20,000 nt of DNA, taken from IMG/VR virus record IMGVR_UViG_3300034071_002938. The stretch is one strand, 5' to 3'. Origin of the DNA: an uncultured virus (IMG/VR IMGVR_UViG_3300034071_002938). Its lineage: Duplodnaviria; Heunggongvirae; Uroviricota; Caudoviricetes. How positions within the stretch are numbered: position 1 is the first letter of the stretch; the number at the start of each line of letters is the position of its first letter. The notes beneath the pieces were generated by a model, which was given only the letters and a program-made list of their open reading frames with translations, was not told where the DNA came from and ran no database searches. Positions 7,824 through 15,606 of the stretch are shown in pieces. The translations under genes and the position numbers were made by a program.

Positions 7824-8017
7824 TCGACGCATTTGGGAACGCCGTTACGTTCCTCTACTGCATCTACGCAGTAGCCTGGATCGGATACACCTACCGAGCC
7901 CAGCGGGAACGCACCCGCCTCAGGAAGCTCGATCAGGAGGCTGACCGGAGCAGGATCACAAACAAGCTGCTCATGCGTAGGGGCGCGGTTGACCGCAACG
8001 TAGGGAATGGCGCATGA
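7820..8017 (+). CDS. Small single-pass membrane protein
   Basis: Hydrophobic N-terminus AVTFLYCIYAVAWIGYTY followed by a basic tail; ATGA overlap. Confidence 0.7.
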   Translation: MIDAFGNAVTFLYCIYAVAWIGYTYRAQRERTRLRKLDQEADRSRITNKLLMRRGAVDRNVGNGA

Positions 8018-8038
8018 ACTGCGCATAGAGGAGAGGTC

Positions 8039-8287
8039 ATGAAGCCGCGACGGTTACAGGTACGGATAATCGATCGAGGTGATAGGTTCACCGCGCTGAT
8101 CTGTCGCGCTGATACACCAGCGTCGATGCAGGAGCTATTTGCCCTTGCATCGACGTCTGGTCGGACCGAACATCAAGCCAAATCTTTGCTTGCTCGTCTA
8201 GCAGCAGGCCTAACCAAGAACCTTCGGGAGATCACGAATGACGACAAAGCGACCCATCGTAGTAGGAAACGCCGCAAAGGTCGGTAG
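8039..8287 (+). CDS. Small basic hypothetical protein (82 aa)
   Basis: GAGGAGAGG RBS; FTALI...SGRTEHQA resembles the family C beta-beta-beta-alpha pattern. Confidence 0.65.
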   Translation: MKPRRLQVRIIDRGDRFTALICRADTPASMQELFALASTSGRTEHQAKSLLARLAAGLTKNLREITNDDKATHRSRKRRKGR

Positions 8288-9206
8288 ATCAGCACTTGCC
8301 TCGTACAGTCAGGGTATTGCGCAGCGCGCCGAGCAGTCACGCAAGGAAAAGCCGAAGCTCGGCAACATCGCTCAAGCCAATGCAGGCTACAACCCCTTGA
8401 AGGACGCACCTGCTACCCTCGGCCAGATGTTCAATGCACAGAACGCCGTTGAACAGTCGCAGCAACCTGAGGGCGGATTCTCACCACAGACGATCGCCAC
8501 CCTCAAGGCTGTTCGCGATGCCTCTGAAACTGCAAGAGCGGCTAAGGCCGCACAGAAGGAAGCCATGCAAGAGACTGCTGAGACAGCCAAGCCAGAGATC
8601 AAGACGGAACCCAAAGTTGAGCCCAAGCTCGAGAGCAAGGCGGAGCGTGACAAGACCGCGGCCGCGCTTGAGAACATGGATGACTTCGAGCTGGAACGCA
8701 TCATGCGGGGCATCCAGAACGATGTGATCAACAACACGCGCGAACGAGAGCACGTCGACAACATTGCGAACGGCCGCATCAACGAGATCGACTTCGCTGC
8801 CGGTGTTGCCAGTGGTGAGTTCAAGCAGATCGTCGATGTCGTGCCGGGTAGGCTGAAGGTCCACTACAGGACGATCACCTCCGCGGAGAACCAGGGCATC
8901 CGCCAGCTGATCTACAAGATGGTCCAACAGGATCCTACGCTGGACAAGCTGTCTGCGGAGATCTTCGGTCTTGCGCTTCTTGTGGCCAGTGTGACGCAGA
9001 TCGGATCCAAGGCATACCCAGACCACTTGAAGCGAACGTCTTCGACCACGTTCGGTGCTGAGTTCGATGAGACTGTGTTCCGCGCGAAGTACCGCGAGTT
9101 CTCCTACATGCCTCAGCCACTCCTGCACAGCATTGGAGTCCACGGTCAGTGGTTCGATCTTCGAGTCCGCTCGCTGTTCACGGTCGACTTCGCAAAAAAT
9201 GGGTGA
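8238..9206 (+). CDS. Putative tail assembly chaperone-like protein (gpG-like short product of a -1 frameshift pair)
   Basis: GGGAG RBS; 322 aa with low-complexity N-terminus and globular C-terminus; ends GCA AAA AAT GGG TGA. The function is inferred from architecture only. Confidence 0.6.
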   Translation: MTTKRPIVVGNAAKVGRSALASYSQGIAQRAEQSRKEKPKLGNIAQANAGYNPLKDAPATLGQMFNAQNAVEQSQQPEGGFSPQTIATLKAVRDASETARAAKAAQKEAMQETAETAKPEIKTEPKVEPKLESKAERDKTAAALENMDDFELERIMRGIQNDVINNTREREHVDNIANGRINEIDFAAGVASGEFKQIVDVVPGRLKVHYRTITSAENQGIRQLIYKMVQQDPTLDKLSAEIFGLALLVASVTQIGSKAYPDHLKRTSSTTFGAEFDETVFRAKYREFSYMPQPLLHSIGVHGQWFDLRVRSLFTVDFAKNG

Positions 9207-9288
9207 AGTCTCCAATAGGCTGGGGGCTCGCGAACATGTGGTACGACAAGTTCGTTGGGATCCCTCCACGCGGAAGCCTATTGGAGAT
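9194..9288 (+). other. Programmed -1 ribosomal frameshift signal: slippery heptamer A_AAA_AAT plus downstream stem-loop
   Basis: X_XXY_YYZ heptamer in the correct frame at 9194-9200; TCTCCAATAGGCT 9209-9221 is the exact reverse complement of AGCCTATTGGAGA 9275-9287. Confidence 0.75.
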
Positions 9289-9628
9289 GGTGTTCGTTCT
9301 GGTTCACATCGAACGGCACCAAACCAGTCTCTTGCAGACTCGAGCCACGGTTCAGTCGATCATTGGTCTGCACGAGAAACGCGAAACACAGGATCCTGCG
9401 ATCAAGGCATTTGCGGCCTACGCCGAGAAGATGTTCCCCTTCTTGGAGAAAGCAGGAAAGGTCGAAGAGGACGAGCAGTACAAGCGCCTTCGAGACTTTA
9501 CCAAACACGCAGCAAGGATCGACCTACGTCCCGTCTATCAGGCCAAGGCAGATGCAGCCAAGCAGGCAGCCCAGGCATCGAATAGAAGGAACTTCAGGCT
9601 ACGACCCAAGCTACCAGGAACTGTTTGA
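9200..9628 (+). CDS. -1 frame extension (gpT-like, 142 aa WVKSPIGWGLANMW...KLPGTV); predicted fusion with ORF 8238 of about 463 aa
   Basis: Frame of ORF 9149..9628 is -1 relative to 8238..9206 and fills the gap up to a terminator. It has no convincing RBS of its own, and ATG 9236 is buried in the stem-loop. Confidence 0.7.
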   Translation, partial: WVKSPIGWGLANMWYDKFVGIPPRGSLLEMVFVLVHIERHQTSLLQTRATVQSIIGLHEKRETQDPAIKAFAAYAEKMFPFLEKAGKVEEDEQYKRLRDFTKHAARIDLRPVYQAKADAAKQAAQASNRRNFRLRPKLPGTV

Positions 9629-9656
9629 GAGAGCGCTTCGGCGCTCTTTCTTTTTT
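9627..9656 (+). terminator. Rho-independent terminator with C(UUCG)G tetraloop
   Basis: GAGAGAGCGC-TTCG-GCGCTCTTTC followed by TTTTTT. Confidence 0.9.
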
Positions 9657-9668
9657 GCACCTATAAGC
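9657..9668 (+). promoter_or_regulatory. Recurring motif GCACCTATAAGC (candidate phage promoter or operator)
   Basis: Near-identical copies at 18014-18025 (GCACCTATGAGC), 3355-3366 (GCAACTATGAGC) and 11715-11725 (GCACTATAAGC). Confidence 0.35.
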
Positions 9669-9682
9669 CATTGGAGGAACTA

Positions 9683-10186
9683 ATGAGCATATTCGATCGA
9701 CCAAGCAAAGTACTTCGGGATGAGGTGAAGTCGGACTGGCGTGACTTCCACAGCAACTCAACTCTCTGGGCGGCCCTGGCCAACAAGTACGCCAGGTACA
9801 TCCAGGAACTCAAAGAACATCTCGAGGCGGCCAAGACACCGGAGATCCGACTGATGATCGAAAGTGTGATCTTCGATTACACCAGGATCCAGCAGCTGCT
9901 CAGCTCGCACTCCACACAAACTTTCGGCGGGGAACTACTCGAGGATATGCCACGGCTGAAGAAGGCACTTCAGAAGACACTCGATCAGTCAGAGTCAGCG
10001 GAGGCATCAAGAAAGAAGCGCGGCCTACCCGTGATCAAGACCTGCGCTGACTGCGCACACATGAGGGAGCGCGAGGCCTCTTACTTCTGTGAGTGGACGG
10101 GGCATATCACGGCGGTGCGCCTCTACTCCAACGGGAATCAACCACCACGACCACCGACAGAATGCCCACTTAGGAACGATCAATGA
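9683..10186 (+). CDS. Helical protein with C-terminal Cys cluster (CADC...C...CPL), paralog family E
   Basis: GGAGG 9673-9677 before ATG 9683; four-Cys metal-binding pattern. Confidence 0.8.
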   Translation: MSIFDRPSKVLRDEVKSDWRDFHSNSTLWAALANKYARYIQELKEHLEAAKTPEIRLMIESVIFDYTRIQQLLSSHSTQTFGGELLEDMPRLKKALQKTLDQSESAEASRKKRGLPVIKTCADCAHMREREASYFCEWTGHITAVRLYSNGNQPPRPPTECPLRNDQ

Positions 10187-10677
10187 GCGACGAGCGTAAC
10201 TGGCGCGGTGAGCCAGCCAAGAAGTGTTGGATGTGCGGATCTCACCGGACGTGCCGACAAGATGAGACGTCTAGGAAGTGCGGCGAGTGCGGCAATCTAT
10301 ACGCCGTGGAAGGAGGGATCATGGAAACGAAAGACAGTCCACAAGATCTGGAGAGGCAGGACAACGCCTTCAGCGGGCTCAGCCACCACAAGCTGAAGTA
10401 CGTCCTCGTAGCGGAACGTGCGGCATGGCGTCTCCTGTACATCAAGACAGACCCTGCCGGTCAGAAGCACAGGTGCCTTCAGGTGAAGATCTCTCAGGAG
10501 ATGGAGTGGTCAGCACAGGGCCTCGAGTTGATCGAAGGCAGCTACGGAGTACATGTCGGCGACACTGTCGAAGCGCTGTCGGTTCGTCGCCAGTCCTTGG
10601 AGCAGGCAGAGAAGCTGTTTGAGGCCGTCGTCGACAACATCACGTTGAAAGATCTTCGAAAGTTGGGGTTCATATGA
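10183..10677 (+). CDS. Hypothetical protein with N-terminal Zn ribbon (CWMC...CGEC)
   Basis: ATGA overlap; two CxxC-G motifs. Confidence 0.8.
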   Translation: MSDERNWRGEPAKKCWMCGSHRTCRQDETSRKCGECGNLYAVEGGIMETKDSPQDLERQDNAFSGLSHHKLKYVLVAERAAWRLLYIKTDPAGQKHRCLQVKISQEMEWSAQGLELIEGSYGVHVGDTVEALSVRRQSLEQAEKLFEAVVDNITLKDLRKLGFI

Positions 10678-11111
10678 CAACTATCCCTTGGCCAAAGTCC
10701 TTTCGTGCGGCCACGTTCACGACGGACGTCAAGTCCTTCACGGTCGGCCATCTACTGTTCAAGCGCCGAAGCGATCTGATACTCGATGCCAAGGTGTACG
10801 CCCGGTATCGGTACCGCTTCAACAAGGCCACCATTGACCTGAGCGCTGTCGTTCGGAACGGTAAGCCAGTATCGGAGTGGTACATCCACGGCGAGGGCTA
10901 CGCAGCGAACGGTAAGACACCAGACCAGGCCGTACGTCGCTGGCGGAAGCAGATTCAGTATCGAGTTGAGGAGGCTGTCCTCATAGCCCGTGACGCCTTT
11001 GTGCATGCGTTCCTCACGATTGATCATGTGGACGGTCCGGGCCAGGCCGACCTCTTCAGCAAGAAGTACAAGGCCTTTGCCAAGATGAAGATGGAGTTGA
11101 ACGATGAGTGA
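10674..11111 (+). CDS. Hypothetical protein with family C module
   Basis: ATGA overlap; KSFTVGHLLFKR...EWYIHGEGYAANGKTPDQAV. Confidence 0.8.
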   Translation: MTTIPWPKSFRAATFTTDVKSFTVGHLLFKRRSDLILDAKVYARYRYRFNKATIDLSAVVRNGKPVSEWYIHGEGYAANGKTPDQAVRRWRKQIQYRVEEAVLIARDAFVHAFLTIDHVDGPGQADLFSKKYKAFAKMKMELNDE

Positions 11112-11457
11112 GAAGATCCGTCTCAAGGGCACAAAGAGGTCCGAGGCGTCGAGGAAGACAGAGATCGATAGGGATCTCGTATACATCCAGAAGCTTCAGA
11201 GCGAGCTGGCGAAGAAGTATCGTAGCTACTACGAGAACTTCATCGAGGAGCGGCTACAGATCTTTCCCCACGGTCTAGACCGTAGCTCGCCCACAGAGGA
11301 CGTACTTCTACATAGGGCCTACACGAACACATCCGAGGACTACGAGGCAATCGCCTTGTGGCTCGAGCACAACTCCAACCAGGACTGCAAGCAGCTGACC
11401 CTTCACAGTTTCGATCTTCTGGTGAAGTACCGAAACAGAAAGCTGGAAAAGAAATGA
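11104..11457 (+). CDS. Hypothetical protein (117 aa)
   Basis: GGAG RBS; tiles with its neighbours. Confidence 0.75.
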   Translation: MSEKIRLKGTKRSEASRKTEIDRDLVYIQKLQSELAKKYRSYYENFIEERLQIFPHGLDRSSPTEDVLLHRAYTNTSEDYEAIALWLEHNSNQDCKQLTLHSFDLLVKYRNRKLEKK

Positions 11458-11723
11458 GTGATCCGATTGAGGCCTCCTCCCTTGAACAGATGCGATCTCG
11501 CGCTCGGCCAGATACACGCTGGGCAGCCTACGAGAACAAGGCCTTCGATTCTGCAAGCTTCGGTCACCAGCAGTTCTTGTTGGTCGGCAGCGGCTGTACC
11601 TTCCAGGATCCGCCGGAGAAGCTTCCAAGCGACAGGATCGTCTCGTGGCGGTATCTCTTCATCGGCTATGCCAATCTCGAGACCGGGATGATCGAGCTGA
11701 GCGAGCTGCCGAAGGCACTATAA
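11454..11723 (+). CDS. Hypothetical protein (89 aa)
   Basis: ATGA overlap at 11454 within ORF 11358..11723. Confidence 0.75.
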   Translation: MSDPIEASSLEQMRSRARPDTRWAAYENKAFDSASFGHQQFLLVGSGCTFQDPPEKLPSDRIVSWRYLFIGYANLETGMIELSELPKAL

Positions 11724-11756
11724 GCGATAGAACTGATCTCTTTGAAGGAGTATTCT

Positions 11757-12611
11757 ATGCTGATCAATGAAACCCCGCTGCTCGCCATCTTCCGTCGAAT
11801 GAATGCATGCGAGGAGGCAGCAGACTGGTTGATCGAGACAAACCCGCAAACGGTAGAGGAGGCCCTTACCAAGTGCACGCTCCCGGATTGGATCGAATGG
11901 CTTGTGTCTCCCGGGCTCAATGGACTTGGGGCTGAGGCTCTTGAGCACGAAGCAGCCAAGTTCGTGATGGAGGAGATGTCTGTGCTGGGCCAGCGCAAAG
12001 ACCTCCAAGGCATGTCGCTTGTGATCGAACGTAATCGGCGTCGTGGTGAGGTGCTTCTTAGCTACTACACGTCGCCTGAGAGTGTCGAACAGATCAGATG
12101 GCTGGTGTATCGCTATGAGGAGCGAAATCGGTCCGACCTCGTCCGCGACATGGCTCGAGCATCGTTCTTCTACGAGCACGGGTTCCATGATCCGTTGACA
12201 CCTGTTCTGTTCAAGCAGGGTGTTGCCGCGTGGCTGGCACGAAGGACAGCGGATGGTGAGCGCCCCGAAGCCATCACCAAGCTCAACCGGCTTACGAGCT
12301 ACCTTGCGCAGAGGATCCCATACCTCAAAGAGCTGTTCGATCGGGGCAGGGATGCGGCATACAAGGTGTACATGAAAGGGTTCGTCGCCTCACCTGAGAC
12401 GGCGATGCAGGCCGACAACGTTCTCGAGGAGTTCTACAAGGAGCACGGTGCTCTGATCGATGAAGCGCTGCTCGGATATGCAGAGAGCTGGTTTGGCTAC
12501 GAACCTGCATCTCGCGAACTCCCAAAGGCGGGGTGGCTTCAGGTCAAGACGCATGCTGCGACTCTTCACCCATCAGAGCGCTCGTTCCGCCGCAGTATCG
12601 GGCTGCTGTGA
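11757..12611 (+). CDS. Hypothetical protein (284 aa) with N-terminal family A domain
   Basis: AAGGAG 11745-11750 before ATG 11757; LLAIFRRMNACEEAADWL...TVEEALTKCTLPDWIEW. Confidence 0.85.
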   Translation: MLINETPLLAIFRRMNACEEAADWLIETNPQTVEEALTKCTLPDWIEWLVSPGLNGLGAEALEHEAAKFVMEEMSVLGQRKDLQGMSLVIERNRRRGEVLLSYYTSPESVEQIRWLVYRYEERNRSDLVRDMARASFFYEHGFHDPLTPVLFKQGVAAWLARRTADGERPEAITKLNRLTSYLAQRIPYLKELFDRGRDAAYKVYMKGFVASPETAMQADNVLEEFYKEHGALIDEALLGYAESWFGYEPASRELPKAGWLQVKTHAATLHPSERSFRRSIGLL

Positions 12612-13126
12612 CTGAGCTTTACGAGAACTGGACTGCGGGTGAGCTGATCACTCTCTCACGAACTGTGTTGAGGAAGTTGACCAGCGATCTGAGCCCTAGG
12701 ATGCAAGGGCACTACTTCGGCATGTTCCGCAGAGTCATGGATCTATACGACGAAGCCATCAAGAAGGAGGCTCATGTAGTTCGGATCATCGACGGTATGC
12801 TGTGCATCCCACTTCGGGACGGGTCTAGCGTGGACGTCCACGCTGTCGTTGATCTTCTGGACTACCTGGCGGAGAAGAATGACGCACTCGAATGCCGAAG
12901 CCTCAACTCGGCGAACTTCTGGATCGACAAGGACACAGCTAGGGCTGGTTCATATCGGAAAGCCGCCAAGCGATATGAACAGCTCTTTCAGGTGTTCTCT
13001 TCACTACGGGATGACTTGGATAGTAAGATCGCTCAGTGCGATCAGATAGGAAGCAATGAAACGCCGCAAGATACGGGACATACTGATCCCGGCAAACCCG
13101 CCACCGAACACAAGAAGGGACGTTAA
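12608..13126 (+). CDS. Hypothetical protein (~172 aa)
   Basis: GTGA overlap at 12608 within ORF 12533..13126. Confidence 0.7.
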   Translation: MTELYENWTAGELITLSRTVLRKLTSDLSPRMQGHYFGMFRRVMDLYDEAIKKEAHVVRIIDGMLCIPLRDGSSVDVHAVVDLLDYLAEKNDALECRSLNSANFWIDKDTARAGSYRKAAKRYEQLFQVFSSLRDDLDSKIAQCDQIGSNETPQDTGHTDPGKPATEHKKGR

Positions 13127-13367
13127 TAAGGCGGCGAAGGTGCTGAAGCACTTCATCGATTACAACGATCACCAGATGAAGCTGGCCCTGGCGAGACAGG
13201 ACTTCTACGTCAGGAACCAGAAGTTCCGCATCGCACGCACTCATGCGCGGGTGGCCGCCACGTACAAAGAGATCATTGGGAAGTACAACTCGGTCCTTCT
13301 TCTGCTTGAGCTATCGTTCAAGGCCAACCCCGACGACATGAAGCGCTTCGTCAAGGATTGCAAATGA
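13056..13367 (+). CDS. Basic hypothetical protein (103 aa)
   Basis: AGGA RBS; its stop overlaps the next ATG. Confidence 0.7.
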   Translation: MKRRKIRDILIPANPPPNTRRDVNKAAKVLKHFIDYNDHQMKLALARQDFYVRNQKFRIARTHARVAATYKEIIGKYNSVLLLLELSFKANPDDMKRFVKDCK

Positions 13368-13864
13368 CACGGAAGATCATTGTGGGGATGGTTCCGCTCA
13401 AGACCATTCTCGTGCATCTGCGGTGCGATCGGTTTGAGAGCTGGTCTTCTGCTTCCGACAAGACGACGTTCAAGGAGGTCTGGGTTGGCTGCCCAGCCTT
13501 CATGTGGCTGGACGACGTGGTTCACGCTCTCTCGTTGCGCGAGAAAGGAATCAAACCAATCACCGAACTCAGGGCAGAGGCCTCGAGGCTACGAAAGCGC
13601 GACTTCACCGCGGATGGGTACAGCCGAGAAGCACACAAGCTCTACCGCGCAGACTCAGCTGTGTCTCTGATCAAAGCCGGTCTGATATCTGTCGCCAGCA
13701 CGCTGCCCCAAGCGAAGAAGAATCTCGGGAAGGTTATGCGTGCGCTTGATGACGAGCCGATCAGTAAGGAAGAGGCTAACGAGGCCGTTCGGGTATCTGG
13801 TATCGATGTTGTGAAGATGGCCAGCAGTATTCGAAGCAAGATCTCGGATCGGGATAAGACATGA
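13364..13864 (+). CDS. Hypothetical protein (166 aa)
   Basis: ATGA overlaps at both ends. Confidence 0.75.
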   Translation: MTRKIIVGMVPLKTILVHLRCDRFESWSSASDKTTFKEVWVGCPAFMWLDDVVHALSLREKGIKPITELRAEASRLRKRDFTADGYSREAHKLYRADSAVSLIKAGLISVASTLPQAKKNLGKVMRALDDEPISKEEANEAVRVSGIDVVKMASSIRSKISDRDKT

Positions 13865-14364
13865 TCGACTACAGCTATGACGACCTGAAATGGTTGTTGG
13901 AGTACCTGGGCTATACCCCTTCTCCGATAGAGGATCACGGGGATACCAAGACACAGAGATGGGAACGGGCGAAGGGCTGGTCGACGCCACAAGGTGTCCT
14001 TATCTCAGAAGCTTCAGTGGAGTACATCCACTGGAAGCGCCGGAACTTCGATCCCTTCAGCCGCGACTACAACGTGTTCGATCTCTTCTATCACGAGAAG
14101 ATCTACATGTTGGCTAGGAAGGAGGGCTATAGCATCGGCAGGCTACTTGCTCTTCTCTACATGAGGCACCTCGAAGAAGAGGACTTCGCAAGTGACAAGA
14201 CAGTAGTTCAGCTCATCGACAGGGCAGTTGAGAAGGAACGCAAGGAGATCGCGGAGTTGATCGAGAATCACCGTGCCCCTTTTGAGAGGAAGTACTCTGG
14301 GGAGCACATGTCATCTTCGGGCTGGTCAAGGCTCGTTCGAACCAGGCGAAAGGCGGGAACATGA
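13861..14364 (+). CDS. Hypothetical protein (167 aa), tandem paralog family F
   Basis: ATGA overlap; first ~110 aa align by eye with ORF 14361-14951. Confidence 0.8.
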   Translation: MIDYSYDDLKWLLEYLGYTPSPIEDHGDTKTQRWERAKGWSTPQGVLISEASVEYIHWKRRNFDPFSRDYNVFDLFYHEKIYMLARKEGYSIGRLLALLYMRHLEEEDFASDKTVVQLIDRAVEKERKEIAELIENHRAPFERKYSGEHMSSSGWSRLVRTRRKAGT

Positions 14365-14951
14365 AATACGAACTCGGAGAAGAAGAACTCATCCCTCTAC
14401 TCAGGGATCTGGGCTGGAAACCTGATCAAGAGCTGGCTATCAAAGACACACGTGCTTCTCGTGTGTATCAGCGCTGGTCTCTCTCCAATGGTGTGGGATC
14501 TTCTTCCTACGTCACGCTCACGTGGGTGCGGCGTTCGCCGAATCCGAAGAAACAGGAGTGGCACGAGTTCGAGCTTCTCGATAGCAAGCTCGCCTTCATT
14601 GCGGAGGCTCATCACGTTTCGATCAAGCGCCTGATGGCGTTGGCGTATCGGCGCTATCTGGTTGCTGCGGAGATGTCGGAGGGCCTTGCCGAGATCGGCG
14701 GTTATCGTGATGCGGCGAAAGCGGCGGATGTGCCAGATCAGGAGACATGGACCGACAGGGGTCGTAACATCGTGGTACGCGCAGTCGGCACCGGCATGTT
14801 TACGGCGCGGTTTGGAACTACCCAGGATGAACAGCTCCCTCATCAAGCAATGAATGGATCTCACACCCCGGGACAGGCTCTGGCCGAGCTTGGTAGAATC
14901 TGGGATGAGAACCTCGCGGCCTCGGCCTTCCACGCCAAGCTGGGCGGCTGA
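14361..14951 (+). CDS. Hypothetical protein (196 aa), tandem paralog family F, with extra C-terminal module
   Basis: ATGA overlap; similarity to ORF 13861-14364. Confidence 0.8.
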   Translation: MKYELGEEELIPLLRDLGWKPDQELAIKDTRASRVYQRWSLSNGVGSSSYVTLTWVRRSPNPKKQEWHEFELLDSKLAFIAEAHHVSIKRLMALAYRRYLVAAEMSEGLAEIGGYRDAAKAADVPDQETWTDRGRNIVVRAVGTGMFTARFGTTQDEQLPHQAMNGSHTPGQALAELGRIWDENLAASAFHAKLGG

Positions 14952-15397
14952 TGCAGCGGTTCTCGCGCAATCCTCATTCGAAGAAGCTGAGGGAACTCGA
15001 GAAGCTCTTCAGACGAGGCAAGCTCACCGACAGGGAGCAGGGGCGACTCGAGTTCCTCAAGCGTTGGTTCCATGACCCGGCAAAGGTGTCACTGAGGGCT
15101 TTCGCTGCCTACTTCCGCGTCTGGGTTCTGGCTCTACCTCTCGAGCGCAGACTGACGTACAGATCCTATCGAAGGCTCGACTGGGTAGACGGGCTTGGCG
15201 CGCCTCCCACCAGAGAAGACTACGAAGAGCAGCTTCGGTATTGGATGGATGAGAGCGATCGACATGCCAGCTACCTGACGGAGTACAACAATGAAGAAGA
15301 AGACGAAGACGATCATGATTCCGACGAAGGGGATCACAGGTCTGGAGGCGAAAGCGCTCGGCATTCTGCTCCGGAAGTACGTCCCGGAGGAGCTTAG
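14951..15397 (+). CDS. Arg-rich hypothetical protein with acidic tail
   Basis: TGATG overlap; the last 107 nt overlap the next gene. Confidence 0.7.
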   Translation: MQRFSRNPHSKKLRELEKLFRRGKLTDREQGRLEFLKRWFHDPAKVSLRAFAAYFRVWVLALPLERRLTYRSYRRLDWVDGLGAPPTREDYEEQLRYWMDESDRHASYLTEYNNEEEDEDDHDSDEGDHRSGGESARHSAPEVRPGGA

Positions 15398-15605
15398 GAA
15401 GATCCGTCGAATCGCGAGCATCGGGGACACCATTGAGGACATCAATGGCAACAGGGGTGACGTGGTCGTGATCACCCATGCCGTCCGCGAGTCTGGGACT
15501 TCGACAACCATTCGACTCTGCGCAGGACCGAAGTGCTGGGAGATCCCATCAACCAGTGTACGCAGGATCATTCTCGCTGCTGGCGAGACACCTTCTGAGG
15601 AATGA
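15291..15605 (+). CDS. Hypothetical protein (104 aa), possible SH3/KOW-like barrel
   Basis: GGAG RBS; IGDTIEDINGNRGDVVVI pattern. Confidence 0.7.
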   Translation: MKKKTKTIMIPTKGITGLEAKALGILLRKYVPEELRKIRRIASIGDTIEDINGNRGDVVVITHAVRESGTSTTIRLCAGPKCWEIPSTSVRRIILAAGETPSEE

Positions 15606-15606
15606 T

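Noticed and set aside
9642..9649. boxA-like CGCTCTTT
   Set aside because: It is the 3' arm of the terminator stem and is explained by pairing; no boxB-like partner is evident.
9055..9683. Alternative + frame ORFs 9055..9585 and 9255..9683
   Set aside because: Their composition is Arg/Ser-rich and non-protein-like, 9255..9683 runs through the terminator, and the 9149..9628 frame fits the frameshift and the terminator.
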